Source: Phyllosticta citribraziliensis
Lineage: Eukaryota
NCBI RefSeq assembly: GCF_038025025.1
Contig: NW_027117343.1
Location: 1,922,001 to 1,986,000 of the forward strand
Reading direction: 5' to 3'
DNA length: 64,000 bases
The position numbers and the translations under genes are program-made. Shown here one piece after another: positions 13,473 to 26,389 of the stretch; the first letter of the stretch is position 1; each line of letters opens with the position of its first letter. The notes beneath the pieces are model-generated. The model was not told the origin of the DNA. It did no database searches and saw only the letters and a program-made list of their open reading frames with translations.

Positions 13473-14933
13473 GTGATGTTTGTGTTGGGGTATCTGTCGT
13501 CGTATTCGGCGTCGCATCCCGAGGAAGCGAGCAAATGGACCAAACTCGTGGGAGACTTTTGGCTTTGAATTTGCAGCAGTGTTTCCCGCGGAAACAATTG
13601 CCTGACTGGACGTTGTGTTGAGGCATGCCAGGATGTTTCTCTTCCCTCCTCTTTCTTGTCCGTTTACGCTGAATGTAGTCGTACATACCCTTCAAATCAT
13701 TTCAGGTTGCGACAAGTCTGCCGAGAAAGCCTGCTAACAAGTGGGCAGACCATTTGACACTACTGCGATACCTGCATGCAACGATGCAAATTCTTGGGAC
13801 TCAACCCGAAGAAGTGCCCAAGAACGGCAACTGGCACTGACGGGAAGACTAGCGGGTACGTGCATCTGCACGGATGCTCTTGTACGTGTGGCTTGGATGG
13901 TGTGGTAACTCTCAAACGAGGGAGAAAATCTCCGACTGGGTGTAGATTGGAGGGCAGATATATTCGACGAAATTCAATCTGAAACTAAGAGACGTTTCCT
14001 GGGGAGTGGTTCGGAGTCCGGTGTCAGTCTTTTGTTTGTTCATCCGTTTGATGTCCGGGTTTGACGGACGTGTTGTTGCGGAGATGGCTGTCACCAAGGC
14101 ATTTTCTTATGCTGTGGCTTAGCTCTTGGCTGTGAGAAATCAACCAGAGGTTTGCGGAAGAAGTCCTTGACACAGGAGTCGAATTTTCCAAGTTTTTGTC
14201 GACGATACTGCAGAAACCGAAACAAAAGAGCTCAGGCGCGCGAGAGATCCAGAGATCCATAGACCGAAAGGATTTGGGTGGCTTGTACCCAGCCTCAGTT
14301 TGGAAAGGCGCGACGCACCAGATCGCCATGTGTAGCAGTTGCGCTTGGTGAGTGAAGAAGAGCTCTGTCGACACCCCAATGGAGGTCGAGAGGTCTCTTT
14401 GGAGGAGAATTAGGCGCCTGAGGATTTTCTGGGTTTACCCTGCGGAACCGACGTTCCTCTTCATTGTCACCATATCGACCAGTCGAGACTTCGCGTCAAG
14501 CCTTCTTCAAAGTCGCGTCAAAAGGTCGTAAGATACAGCGTGGCGGAGCATGTCGTCGGAGGAAAACGCTGCCAGATTGGATTCCCGAGTGACAGCTGAC
14601 GTCCATTGAGAAGCGAGTGCTCCAAATCGAAGGCAGAAACCATGCAAATGCAAGTCAGCAGTGTGAAATCCAAAGGAATCTGAGCCGTCAATGGCTTGTC
14701 AATGGAATCGTGATGAAGACCAATGACGGTGATGAAGATTCGACGAGGTTCTGTAAGCTGGACTTAGGCGCCTAACCCCGGCCCTTGGCCCAAGCTCTCT
14801 GCACGTGTTTTTCTCGACGTCACCCACTCGACTGCTTCCTTAGCTTCACTTCCTCCATCTTCCGACATCCATCTCCATTCAACACCACTACCACACCTCG
14901 ACCCGCCTCTCCGTTTCCTAGGAATCGTCCACA

Positions 14934-16105
14934 ATGGCGTTCATCCTAAGGCGACCGTTCGCCATCGCCTCCGCTCTGAAGCAGGCTCCGACCGCTTCAT
15001 CGACCACGATCCGCGCATTCCACCACACGCCACTCAAGTCGGCGCCATCCAACTTCTTCACCTCGCGCACCACGGCCGCTTCCACCTTTGCTCAATCACG
15101 AAATGTCTTCCGCAACACCTTCCGTCGTACCTACATGCAGGGCACTCCGACTGTCCAGACTGGCAACTTCAAGCAGCGTCTCTTGTACGGAGCGGGCATC
15201 TTCGGAGGTGCCATTTTGGCCACCAACCTGTAAGAGTCACAGCGACAAGGACAAAGGCAAGGACGATGGCACTGACAACACACCCAGGATCTTTAACCGT
15301 GAGACCCGCGAGGATGGCGGCATGCCTATCTTCGAACGCGCATACCTCAACGAGACTTTCCTTCACACGGGCCTTGGTATTGGAATTATCGGCGTCGCTG
15401 CTAGCGCTCTTCACCGCAGTGGCTGGAGCTACAGGCTCATGGCCACCAACCCGTGGCTCGTCGCTGGTCTTGGTCTCGTTGGCTCCATTGGCTCCATGTA
15501 CGGCTGCATGGCCATCCACCCGGACAAGTAAGTTAGGCTCCATGAGATGCCATGATGAAAGCTAACGGCAACCAGCTACATCCCCAAGTACGCTCTCTGG
15601 ACTGCCTTCAACTTGACCCAGGCTGCTCTGCTCTCTCCGCTCTTCTTCATGCAGCCTGCCCTGCTCGCTCGCGCCGGTCTCTACACTGTTGGCATGATGG
15701 TAAGCAAGGGCGCCTCGAAGCATGTCTTCACACACTAACGCATACCAGGGCTCTATCGCCTTTGTCGGTGCCACGGCCAAGCAAGAAAAGTACCTCTACC
15801 TCGGCGGCCCCCTCCTCGCTGGTGTCGCCATCGTCGCGCTCTCTGGCCTCGCTCCTTTGGTTCTGCCCGCCACCGCGACGCGCACCCTGATGTGGACTGA
15901 GAACCTGTGGCTGTACGGTGGCCTTGCCGTCTTTGGCGGCTTCACCCTGTACGACATTCAGAAGATTCTGCACCACGCGCGCCTTTCCGAGCGCGGCCTG
16001 CTCCCCCGCGACCCCGTCAAGGAGAGCATCAGCCTCGAACTCGACTTTATCAACATCTTCATCCGTCTGGTGCAGATTTTGGGCATGCAGCAGCGGAGGA
16101 AGTAA
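14934..16105 (+). CDS. Mitochondrial Bax inhibitor-1 family protein (GHITM/MICS1-like), 4 exons
   Basis: Arg/Ser/Thr-rich presequence, NRETREDGGMP, hydrophobic helices, YGGLAVFGGFTLYDIQK and SISLELDFINIFIR. Introns at ~15229-15287, ~15527-15575 and ~15699-15748. Confidence 0.92.
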
Positions 16106-16757
16106 AGAAATCAAGAATGGAAGGACATGAAGCGGAATGGCCGTGAGGCTTGATTGAATGGCGAGAGAAGGGGAAGAAGTCACCATCACCGGCGTTTTCC
16201 ATAATTGGACTGGGTTTTTCTCTTTTTGGCGATGTGACTTGGTCAAGTCGCACGCATGTTCTTCTCTCCCCGCTCCTATAGCGATTGATCGATGGCAGAT
16301 GAACTGAAATCGTCACCCAGTATTTCGGGCAACGAATACGATTCAAGTAATGCAAGTGGGGGCATTGAATCTGCCCTGCTACATGTGTAGAATGGTCTCT
16401 CGTGGATCCCGCAAGCAGCGTGCGTATGAAATACATACATATATGTATGCCGCCCAAAGACCGCTCTGCGCTTACAATGCGCCTTGATGTAACCTGCTAT
16501 CCACAAGCTACAGTATAAACAGGACGGGGCCGCCTTATCTACATCGTCTACCTGCGCGTCTGATCAGACAACCGACTACAGCCACGCTCGCCCTACCGTC
16601 GCCTCCTCCGCATCCCCTTTCCCGTTCAAACCTAACTCGCTCCTGCAGCAACATCAACCTCCCATCTTTCCCATCTTCATCAGTTCACTTCAATCCACCC
16701 AAGTCAACCACCATACCAACTCGGCAACCCACCAGCCCACCAACGCGACCCGCCCAC

Positions 16758-17087
16758 TCACCCACCCCCACTACTCCGGCAAAGACCCCCCGGACCTGCC
16801 GGCGGGCTCGCTGGCGGCACGCAATTCGCGACCTCGGTCCTGTAATGGTCGGCGTACACGCAGTTGCGGCAGGCGCTGGCGAAAGCGCCGGTCGGGTCGT
16901 TGTTGCTGCTGTGCCGCAGAGCTCTAGGACGACGGCGGTTTTGCCGAGGATGGTGCATTGTTCGGCGGCGACGAGGCTGCGAGAGGGAAAGAAAGGGGTG
17001 GTCAGTCAGGCAGTCATTCGCGGCGGCGGCGGCGGTGGTGTTGATCGAGGTAACGAACCTGATCAAAGCGACAGCAACGCCCAGCAT
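16758..17087 (-). pseudogene. Frameshifted, internally deleted paralog of the neighbouring small secreted Cys-rich protein
   Basis: ATG 17087 with intron 17058-16977 gives MLGVAVALISLVAAEQCTILGK. The homologous C-terminus FASACRNCVYADHYRTEVANCVPP..GLC lies in a different frame ending at 16758. Confidence 0.65.
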
Positions 17088-17805
17088 CGCTGAGAAGGCT
17101 TCCTTCGTGACGAGTGTCTTCAAAAGGAAAAGGTAAAATTCTGCGTAGTTCGTTTGTATCGTCGAATGCTATGTGTACATGTACCTGTACGGTACCTACG
17201 TATACCTGGGTTATGCAAGTATGTAAGTCCCGCGTGCCACGGCCTACCAAGACCTGAACCACACTCCCCCATTGTCTCCGCGTTTCGTTTTGTATCGAGC
17301 ATGAGTTTACCGTCTGTCCAAGGGGGATATGAGAACAACAGAAGCAAAGCTTGGGAACCCACAGCGCATACAATGAGTACCAATCCTGCGCCGAACAGGG
17401 AGGGCGTAGACACATCAGACTATTGGCCCCCGACTGTTCATCAAATAGACCGACAAGGCCTCGTCATTGGGTTTCATCAGTCTGAATAATAGATGGCTTT
17501 TTCTTATCAGGCCAAGCTTTCTATTTAACGGTTTACCTCGAAGCGCACTGTATTGGGAAAGTTTGCAGCGACGCACCCTCCTTGTGACGGATGTGGCAGT
17601 TGGAGCACGTTGGCTGCTGCGGCTCGTCGCTCCATAACCTCAATTAACCAACCCTAGATGTTGGGGAAGTAGGTAGGTAGGGAGGTAGGTACAAACCACA
17701 CAAAGGATGTGTGGGACACGGAAAAAAAAAAAAAAGAAAAAGAAAAGAAAAAGAGAAATACTTTACATCCGCCATCCATAAACCCCTTTCCCCACGACGC
17801 CCCTC

Positions 17806-18284
17806 TTACGCACAAACATTGGCCGCACACCCCGGGAGCGGGTCACCCGGCTCACAACTCGCGAGCCGGGGCCCATACAGCGTCTTCTGGTCGCACGTGT
17901 TGCACGAAACCTCAAAAACCTTGTCCCGATTGCGGTACTTGCTGTCGCGCAGGTCGCAGCAGACGGTGCCCATGACTTTGGGGCAGAAAGGACGGCCGCC
18001 CGCGTTGTGGCACGCGGTGCAGGTGCATTTGCGTGTTGCTTCGCCGTCGACTTTGTGGCCAGGGCCGAGGAGGACGCATTGCGTGGCGCTTGTGAAGCTA
18101 TGGGGAGTGTTAGCGGAGTCTGGTGTGGTAAGGGGTGAGGATGGGGGGTGTTAGGGGGGGGTAAGGGGTAAGGAAGAGAAGGAGAAGGAGAAAGGGAAAG
18201 AGAGAGGGAAGGGGAAATGTGTTGGGCTGACCTCGTGAGGAGAGCTAGACACGTCAGGAGGATGGTGAAGGAGGGGTGTTTCAT
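17806..18284 (-). CDS. Small secreted cysteine-rich protein (114 aa, effector-like), 2 exons
   Basis: Exon 18284-18232, intron 18231-18098 (GTCAGC..GCTAAC..TAG), exon 18097-17806. Product: MKHPSFTILLTCLALLTSFTSATQCVLLGPGHKVDGEATRKCTCTACHNAGGRPFCPKVMGTVCCDLRDSKYRNRDKVFEVSCNTCDQKTLYGPRLASCEPGDPLPGCAANVCA. Signal-peptide-like N-terminus and 12 Cys in the mature part. Confidence 0.85.
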
Positions 18285-19158
18285 GGTGTTGTCGTTGCTG
18301 TTGTTGTTGTTGTTGCTCAAGAGACGTGTGGTGTGAGATAGCCAAACAGGTACGCATGGTGCAATGACGCAGTCTCCTTTCCTTTTATGTCTTGCAGACA
18401 GAACGAATGAATGGATGGTTGGCTGACAGACAGAAGTACTTATGCGTAGATAAGAGTATCTTAGCCAGAGCGAAGCAAATCAACAGAAACCTCTGCCAAC
18501 CTACCTGCCGGTCCGCCTGTACGCCTATCCGCCTGTACGCCTGTCCGGCTGTCCGCCACCAGTTCGCTTCCGTCCACTTCGCCCAGAGCGGAGAGCGGAG
18601 TGCGGACAGCGCGACGACAAGACTAAAGGACCGGCCATCATGAACTGCCTTTCCTTTACCTTCCGGCCACACCAGACAGACAGACGTACGAACGCAAACT
18701 CGTCGTGCTGCGTTTCACTTGGCGAGCCAGCGAGCCATGCAGCCGGCGAGCCATGATGACATACCATTCGTACTCGCTCGCTCCCTCGGAACCGCTACGG
18801 TGCCTAGCTCAATATACTGTAGAGATATGAGGTGCGCCAGGGCGGACGGACGGGCGGGAATAATTGCCATTTGCGACTGCCAACGGGAAAGCGAACGGTG
18901 TGCCGAGACGAGACGAGACGAGACGAGACGAGACGGCGGAACAGAAGACTGAGGGGATGTAAATAGGTTGATGAGATATCTGGCACCAAGATAGCTTTGC
19001 TTGGGTTAGTTGGTTGCATGTAGGTAAGGAAGATGGACGACTTGAGTTATCTTTCTCCAGACAAAGCGTGGGAAACTTGATATTACAGCATACTCACACT
19101 TCTCACGCTGCTTGCTCACACTCTTTCCTCGCTCGTACCCTTACTCTCAGACCCACTC

Positions 19159-21273
19159 TTACTCTTCCTCGCGCTTATACATATCCACAAACTCCCACAT
19201 AGCCCTCACAACCGCAACACCACCGCCCTGCGTCTCAACCGTGCGCCCACGCCCGCGATCATTAGCGTCTCGCACGCCAGCCGACGGCCACCCGTCCTCT
19301 TCTCCGGTCTGGCCCCTTTTCCTTCCATGTCTCTCATCCTGCATCCGCTGCTGCTCGCGCTCTCGGACCACAGACTGCGTCGCGCCGAGACGCCTGCGCA
19401 TGGCGCCAGCCGACAAGGCACGCGACGCGTCGGCGATGGAGCCGCGGACGTCGGCCGCGCTGCTGCCAGTGCCGGAATGCAGCAGGGAGAGCAGCGAGGG
19501 CGGGTGCAGGAGGGGAGACGTGGAAGAGGGGGACGAGGGCGCGTCGCGGGGCGGGATCCATATGCTTCCGGGTTCGCCCTCGCCTTCGCCCTCGGCGTCC
19601 TCTGGCTGCGGTTGCAGGAGGAGCGTCTTGTTGTTTCTATAATCGACGGCGCCGACAGGGAAATGGACGTCAAACATGTCTTCCCATTTGGAAAACGGGT
19701 GGTTGTCGGTGGCTGCGCTGCCGCTTGGTGCGCCCCACCACGCGCCAAAGCGGCCCTCGTCGTCACGCGTCTTGAGTGCGTGTCTGGCGTTGTGCGCGAC
19801 CCACGGCGCGTACAGCTTGCAACTCTGCCGGTGAAGGCTAGCCACGGCCGGCGAGGCGCGGTGCGTCAGGCCTGTGACGAGCGGCTCCAGGGGCAGCGGC
19901 GTGCAAAAGGAGGTGAGGTGGTGGAAGAAGATGCCCTTGAAGGTCTGGCCATCTTGCGAGCAATTCCCGCGAGAGTCACAAAGATCTTCCAGGACGCCGC
20001 CGCGGCCGAGGCCAGCCCATCGCGGTGGAGGATGGGAGGACCCTGGGTCGCTTGGGTCGTGACGAGGCGGAGGTGTCCCGCGCCAGCCTGTCGCGTTCAT
20101 GACGTTGCGGATCAACTTGTGCGCGTCTTCGAGGTACTCCAGACTGCCGGTGCCCTCCCACAGGCCGCGGAGACCAGAGAGTATGACGCCTTGGTTGTAC
20201 GTGTAGACCATTTCGTTGCGCGTGTCGCATTTGCCGGTGCCAATCGTCCCATTCTTACCCCAGTTGTGGATGTGAAAGCCGTCGACGTACAGACCGAGCG
20301 CGTTGGTCATGTTGGAGGACTGCAGCCAAGCATAACCGTCGACGGCAGCTTGCAAGTATTTCGGGTCGTGAGGGCGCGCAAACGGGATATCCCCATTCGC
20401 CATGAACGGCGAAGTATTGGAGTCCCCGGTAAAATAGAGATACATGCCAACCGACGCCGAGATCCAGAGCTGGTTGGTAATGGCGTTCTTGTACGGCGTC
20501 AGGCGCGGATTCCACGTCATGCCGCCATCGCAGAGCTCCGTGTCCCAGCCCTCGCCCGCGAGGTCGTAAAAGATGTGCGCGCGGTGCGCAAACGCGTCGA
20601 CAAACTGGCGCCCGTACCAGTTGGTCTCGGGCCCAAACGACGTGTAGTGGCGACTGGCGTGCAGGGTGACGAACTTGGTGGCTTCCAGCCAGCCGAGCAC
20701 CACCCACAGCATGTCGTCGTAGGCCTCCATGCGCAAGCTAAACGCGTCCTCGCCGAAATAATATGCCACCACCTGCGAAAAGTACAGACTGATTTCGTTT
20801 TCAATGCGCTGCCCCTCCTTCACCCACTGCTCACTGCCTGCAATGATGTATTCCAACGACCGCGTGAGCGAATGGAGCGTGGCCGAGACGAAAGTGGCCA
20901 GGACGGCGGCTGTCCAGTCGATGGCTGTGGGCCATTGCCCGAGCCAGAGCTCAAAGTAGCGCGATTGCATTGTTTCGAGCGCATAGTGCAGCTGTTCGAG
21001 CGGGTTGAGAGGCCATTCGGCCTGTTCGGGGTCGTCCTGTCCTGTCGAGGCGTCTCGTTGGGCACCACCATGCGAGACGTGAGGTGTGACGTCGTCCAAG
21101 GACACGAACGGGGTTTGAGCTCCAGAATGCGCATGTTTTTGAATCTCTGGCGATTGAGAGTCGGCGGAAGAAGCATCAACGCCTGTCGAAAGCAACAAAA
21201 GGGAAACGAGAGCGAAAAGAAGCCAAACGGTGGGAGCGGGAGAGAGCACGAGACGTCTTCGAGTTGGGGCCAT
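19159..21273 (-). CDS. Glycoside hydrolase family 76 protein (secreted)
   Basis: 704-aa single ORF with a signal peptide and motifs AYDDMLWVVLGW, WDTELCDGGMTW, YKNAITNQL, YTYNQGVIL and QTFKGIFFHHL. Confidence 0.92.
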   Translation of the reverse strand: MAPTRRRLVLSPAPTVWLLFALVSLLLLSTGVDASSADSQSPEIQKHAHSGAQTPFVSLDDVTPHVSHGGAQRDASTGQDDPEQAEWPLNPLEQLHYALETMQSRYFELWLGQWPTAIDWTAAVLATFVSATLHSLTRSLEYIIAGSEQWVKEGQRIENEISLYFSQVVAYYFGEDAFSLRMEAYDDMLWVVLGWLEATKFVTLHASRHYTSFGPETNWYGRQFVDAFAHRAHIFYDLAGEGWDTELCDGGMTWNPRLTPYKNAITNQLWISASVGMYLYFTGDSNTSPFMANGDIPFARPHDPKYLQAAVDGYAWLQSSNMTNALGLYVDGFHIHNWGKNGTIGTGKCDTRNEMVYTYNQGVILSGLRGLWEGTGSLEYLEDAHKLIRNVMNATGWRGTPPPRHDPSDPGSSHPPPRWAGLGRGGVLEDLCDSRGNCSQDGQTFKGIFFHHLTSFCTPLPLEPLVTGLTHRASPAVASLHRQSCKLYAPWVAHNARHALKTRDDEGRFGAWWGAPSGSAATDNHPFSKWEDMFDVHFPVGAVDYRNNKTLLLQPQPEDAEGEGEGEPGSIWIPPRDAPSSPSSTSPLLHPPSLLSLLHSGTGSSAADVRGSIADASRALSAGAMRRRLGATQSVVREREQQRMQDERHGRKRGQTGEEDGWPSAGVRDANDRGRGRTVETQGGGVAVVRAMWEFVDMYKREEE

Positions 21274-21798
21274 GATGCTGACGACTAGGCTTGGCGGAGG
21301 TGGCGATGGAAAGAATCAAACCACATGGGAGCGGCGCAGAGGAGGAGCATCAACGAGAGGGCATTGGGCAGGCAGGAAAGAGAGAGGATGTCTGAGCGAT
21401 TTCGAGGCGGACATCCAGGCTGGAACAGGTCCAGTGTCGAGGGTTCCTGTTCCTGGTCGATGGAGGTTCCCCGTGGTCGGGATCAGCTGCCCCGCCATCT
21501 TCTCGGCGGCGCTTTGGCCTCAGATGATACCCACCCTCTCCTCCTCTTCTCCACAGTTGTGCTGGGGGCTGATTGTGATCTTTTTGTTGGACATGTCACA
21601 AAACAAAGCTGGACTTTCACGGGTACGTAGACGAGTTGCTGAATTTCCAAGTCCACCATTTTCTAACTAAAGGTATCTACTCCTCGCTCGATCTAGCCCG
21701 CGACAACATCTATCCATTTTGGTCGCGTGCCACCATTTTCCTTCCCATGCAGCGCCTGAGCGGCAAATCTACCCGTCCGTGGACCATCGACGTCGAAT

Positions 21799-24066
21799 CT
21801 AGCAAAATATGCTCGAGCGAGTCCTCTCCGTCTCCATGTTTGCGTTGTGCAGGTGCTGCGTGACCTCCAACACTTGCATCACGTGGCTGTAGCTAAGATC
21901 GGTCTCCTTGCGGCTTGCCAGAAGCTGCGCCGTCTTGAGCACGTTCTTGATCTGTCTGCCATTCATGTTCATCAAGGACAGCGAGTGGAGCTGCCTGTCC
22001 GTGATGTCGTGGGGCCGACTCGACTGCGCCAGAAAGTTGTCCCAGACCTTGCGGCGCGACTCCATCGAAAGCTCGGGGTACTCGATCGAGATGTGGATGC
22101 GCGACTGGAATGCCGGGTCGAACGTCTTGACGCGATTGGTGGTCAAGAACATGATGCCTTCCTGCGGGTTGTATTAGCAAATGCATCTGCCCCCTGTTGC
22201 CAAGATGAGACTTACATAGTACTCCAAGAGGCGCAGGAAGATGGTGACGAGCTTGTTCCTCTCGAGTTCGTGCAGGGAGCGCTCTTCGAGGAAGATGTCG
22301 GCCTCGTCGATCAAGAGCACCGCGTCCCACCTGGTGCACATTTCAAGAATGCGCTGCAGCTTGGCCTCCGTTGACATGCGATCCATGCTCAAGTCGCCAG
22401 CGCTCATCATGAACAGAGGAGCCCGCATCTCCTCGGCCACGCTCTCTGCAGTCAGCGTCTTCCCCACGCCCGGGGGTCCGCACAGCAGCAGGATGATGCC
22501 ACGTCCCTTGCCCTCAATGACGTCGTCAAACGCATCAACATGCTTGCGCTGGGCTTCGGTGAAGCCAAGGATGAGCTCTTTTTGGTTGGAGGGAAGCACG
22601 AGCGACTCAAAGGCATCCACCTGCCATTCAATCTCCTTGACCGAGTTGACAAAAAACTTGAGCCACTGCTTGGTCTGCAAAGAGTAGCCGCGGACAATGG
22701 GACTGGCAATCAGCTTTTGCTCCTCGGTCAGCGAAGCACGCTTTGCGTCCCGGGACTCTTCTTCGGCGAAATCACCTCCATCCGGCATGCCATCATCCGT
22801 GCCTAGATCCTCCTCGGTAACGTGCTCAACACCAGTGGAGCGCATCGACAGCCATTTCACAAGGTCCGTTCCAGCCCGGGGCGCGAGGGAGCCTTCGGCA
22901 GTCGAGGACAAGGGCGTTGTGAAGACGGCTTCTTCTGGGACAAACCGGTTCCAGCCATGTGTGTCAATCATGACACGGCCCTTGATGCTGTACTTGTCCT
23001 TTTTCCTCTCGACGTGATTCTCCTTCCAGGCCATTCCCTGGTAGGCCTTGTAGTGGCAACCAGCAAGCGTCTCGAACTTGGCACCACGATCCAGCAGCTT
23101 GGAGCACAATCCCTCTGGATCATGATGGAAGCCGACCGGATAGCATGGAAGGTCGGTGATTGGGCGCGTTCCGCTGAAGACGGGGATTCTCATGTTCTTG
23201 GGAGACGAACCGAATCGATTGCCGTCCCATTCCACATTGCTGCAATACATGCGCAAGTACGGATTGCCGTTTTCGTCCTTGGCGTAGAGGCAGCTGCCCA
23301 TTTTCATGGCTGCATCTTGGCCATGGAGGCGGCAGTAGATGAGATCGCCCGGTTGAAAGAGAGTCCAAAGATGCTCGAACGTTGTGACGTTGTTCAGCCT
23401 CATGTCCGCGGTAGCCTCGATGATTTCTTTGAATTCGGACTCCAAGAGTTCCTTGAGCAACTGCGAATGCTCCCTGGTAGTGCGTTCATTTTCGTCTTCT
23501 GACTCGGGATCCAGCTCGTCGATGGCAGACATGAGCTCCGACCAACGGTGGATAAATGGCTTGAAGAGACCGTCAAACTCCGGACGCTTCAAGGTGAGAG
23601 TGACGCCCGGATAGCCGTGGAGAACCTTTTGAAGGAGCTTTTTGAGAAGTGGAGACTGGATGACGACGGAGTGAAGCTTGAGAACTCTGCGAGGGTCGTT
23701 GTAGACGCGAACTTTGCGGGCGACGATGGCCCACTTGGCCGTCTCTGCATTTTCGACGGGCTCTCCAATATCTTCGGGAAGCGTGTCCTGCCAGTCAAAT
23801 TTGCCCCGCTTATCTTCCTTGCCGCTGTAGAGGTTTTTGATGCCAGATTCCTTGCCGATGAGCGAGGATTCGAGGGTTTCTGTCTTGTTGTTGGCGCGAT
23901 CGCCGTTGGACGTGGACGGAAACGGCATCGAGTCCGGCATTGTCGTGGTGCTCAAGGTAGACAACTGACGCGCCAGGGCTATGCGCGCATCCAATTCCAC
24001 TGAAGCAGGGAGATTGCGGCCCTCTCCTCTGCCAAAATAGCTTGGTCGTTCAAGGTGGTCGTCCAT
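21799..24066 (-). CDS. Fungal AAA+ ATPase (DUF7025-associated type), 2 exons; start may be 23940
   Basis: Walker A GPPGVGKT, Walker B LLIDEAD, FLRLLEYY, FLTTNR and FDPAFQSRIH. Intron ~22214-22163. Confidence 0.9.
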
Positions 24067-25617
24067 TCCCCAGGGATGTTGTAAGCGTTGGGGTGGGCAA
24101 AGGATGGAGGTGGAAGGGAATGGGATTCAGTTAGCGGTCCAGTGAGCGGTGATGCATCCAAAAGACGCGCCGCTGCCTGTTTGCCTGCCTGCCTGCCTGC
24201 GCTGGCAGTCTACCGGCGCGCGTCCCACATGGGCAAGGCTGTGTGGACCCAAGGAGACGGTGGGGCGTTGTTGGACGGCGCTCAAGGGCGTGCCGCGCTC
24301 TACCCTTTGGTCTTAATGGTGTGAATTTCGCCCTGGTTCAGATGGAAGGAGAGAGGTGACGCCAGGGCGAGATGGGGGACATGGTGGCCACAAGGCTCGC
24401 GTAACGACATGGGTTGGACTGTTCCCTTGACCGGGTGACCGGGTGGGCGCAGGAGGGACGATAACGGCGCTCCCGGAAAGGCCAAGCCGCCCAAAGTTGG
24501 ATCAGTTGGAGTTGGACACAATAGGAGTTGATGTTGAGAGAGTCATGGATACACATCCAGGAACAGGAACAGGCCAGAGTCTGGCTGGGATGGGAGCTTC
24601 GGTTGGGATGCCGAGGGCACCGCCACAGTACTGCACAGTACAGTAGGTAGCTGAGCCACCAGCCCGAGGTGCGGGCCAACGGCTACGGTACGGCCTGGGC
24701 GCTGAGAATAAGGTGTGAGGCGCGAGTTTGTTTCTACCTCTATTTCTACAACAGACTCCGCCCGAATTTGCACGGAGAGGTCACCATCAGTCTGCGTGTC
24801 GCTCTCCGACCTGACGCCTCTCTCGCCACTCTCCCCGTGTCGGCCTTGCTGTCCGCCTCCGCCGCCTGAGCCTCCGGTCTGCTCGTCTCGTCTCGTCTCG
24901 TCGCGCCGTCACTGCGACATTCACCGGCACGGCCAACTGAACCCCTCTCGACTTCGGCCCGTCACAGGTCCACCTGAAGCTATACATACATGGCTTGCAT
25001 TGCTCTGGCCGTGTCTCAAGCCGCGAACGTGCCTGTGTGATGGTGGGGCGTCTGGGGCTCCATGTCAGCCAACTGCCTCGACGACACGACACGACACGAC
25101 ACGACACGGCGCCGGCTGTCCTTCTCCTTGGGCCATGTCGTGAAGACAATCCCTGACTCCCGACTCGCCGCGGATCGTGCAGCGCATGCAGCCTGCAGCA
25201 TGGCGTGCTAATGGACCGGTCCGCGGCTGTCGAGGTGCAAAGGGCGGCCATCACAATCACAGCCGCCCGTCACCGTCACCGTCTCCGTCTCCGTCACCCG
25301 AGACCTGGCCAGGCAAGGCGTTGACGCTCCCTACTGCATCACGGCCGTGGCTTATCGCATTGCGTGTCCCGTTTATTATTGTATTTCAAGACGGCCTGGT
25401 GCACTAGCAAAGGGGCGCCCGTGGGTTCCACAAATAATGCACTTTGACTCTGTCTGCGCTGGTCGGCCCGCCCAAGCTGCCATCCCCGGCTTAGCGAATG
25501 GAACATCCACCATCCCACAGGCTCTGCGCTGCGCATACCGCTTCCACCACCTCCCTCTCCGCCGACCGACGTGCAGATAACACGCCGCATAAAGCCCCCT
25601 CCTCTCCTCTCTCCGCC

Positions 25618-26389
25618 ATGTCTTCACTCACCTCCACCGCTGCCACTCGGCTCCAGGCTGATAAACCCTCGACCTCGTCTCACCCGCCCGCCAGCGCCCC
25701 CGACCCGACCTCGACCTCGACCTCCAATGCCTCCCAAAGAGGATTCGCCGCCTCCGCTGCCGCCGGCCCCTCCGAACTCGCCAGTCTTAAAGTAAACCTC
25801 AAGGCCGCCCTGCGCCAGTTTCCCGACTTCCCCGAGCCCGGCATCCTCTTCGAAGACATTCTCCCCATCTTTGCCAACGCCGACCTCCACAAGCAATTCC
25901 TGCGCGCCCTCGAGCTGCACGTCTCGACCAACTACGCCCAAAAACCCGACGTCATCATCGGCCTCGAGGCCCGAGGCTTCCTCTTTGGCCCCAGCCTGGC
26001 CCTCGCCCTGGGCGCGTCCTTTGTCCCCGTCAGGAAAAAGGGCAAGCTCCCGGGCCCCACCCAGACGGCCAGCTACAAGAAGGAATATGGCGAGGACTTT
26101 TTCCAGATGCAGGCCGACGCCATCAAGCCGGGACAAAAGGCCCTGATTGTCGACGACATCATCGCCACTGGTGAGTAATGATAATGCGGCTCGACGTGAC
26201 GCAGGCAGGGGTGGCTAACGGCGTGCAACAGGCGGTTCTGCAGCAGCTGCAGGCCAGCTCGTCAAGCAGCTGGGTGGCTCGCTGCTCGGCTACATTTTCA
26301 TCCTCGAGCTCGAGTTCCTCAAGGGCCGCGACAAGCTCGACGCACCCGTGTACACGCTGCTATCGGGCCAGGAGGAGAGCTCGGCGTAA
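25618..26389 (+). CDS. apt1: Adenine phosphoribosyltransferase, 2 exons
   Basis: [29 protein letters not shown] and [10 protein letters not shown]. Intron 26171-26231; TAA at 26387-26389. Confidence 0.96.

Noticed and set aside
17763..18320. 185-aa unspliced ORF
   Set aside because: Reads through an obvious intron; the spliced frame gives the coherent Cys-rich protein.
19327..21288. 653-aa ORF antisense to GH76
   Set aside because: Mirror ORF expected from GC-rich codon bias; no recognisable motifs.
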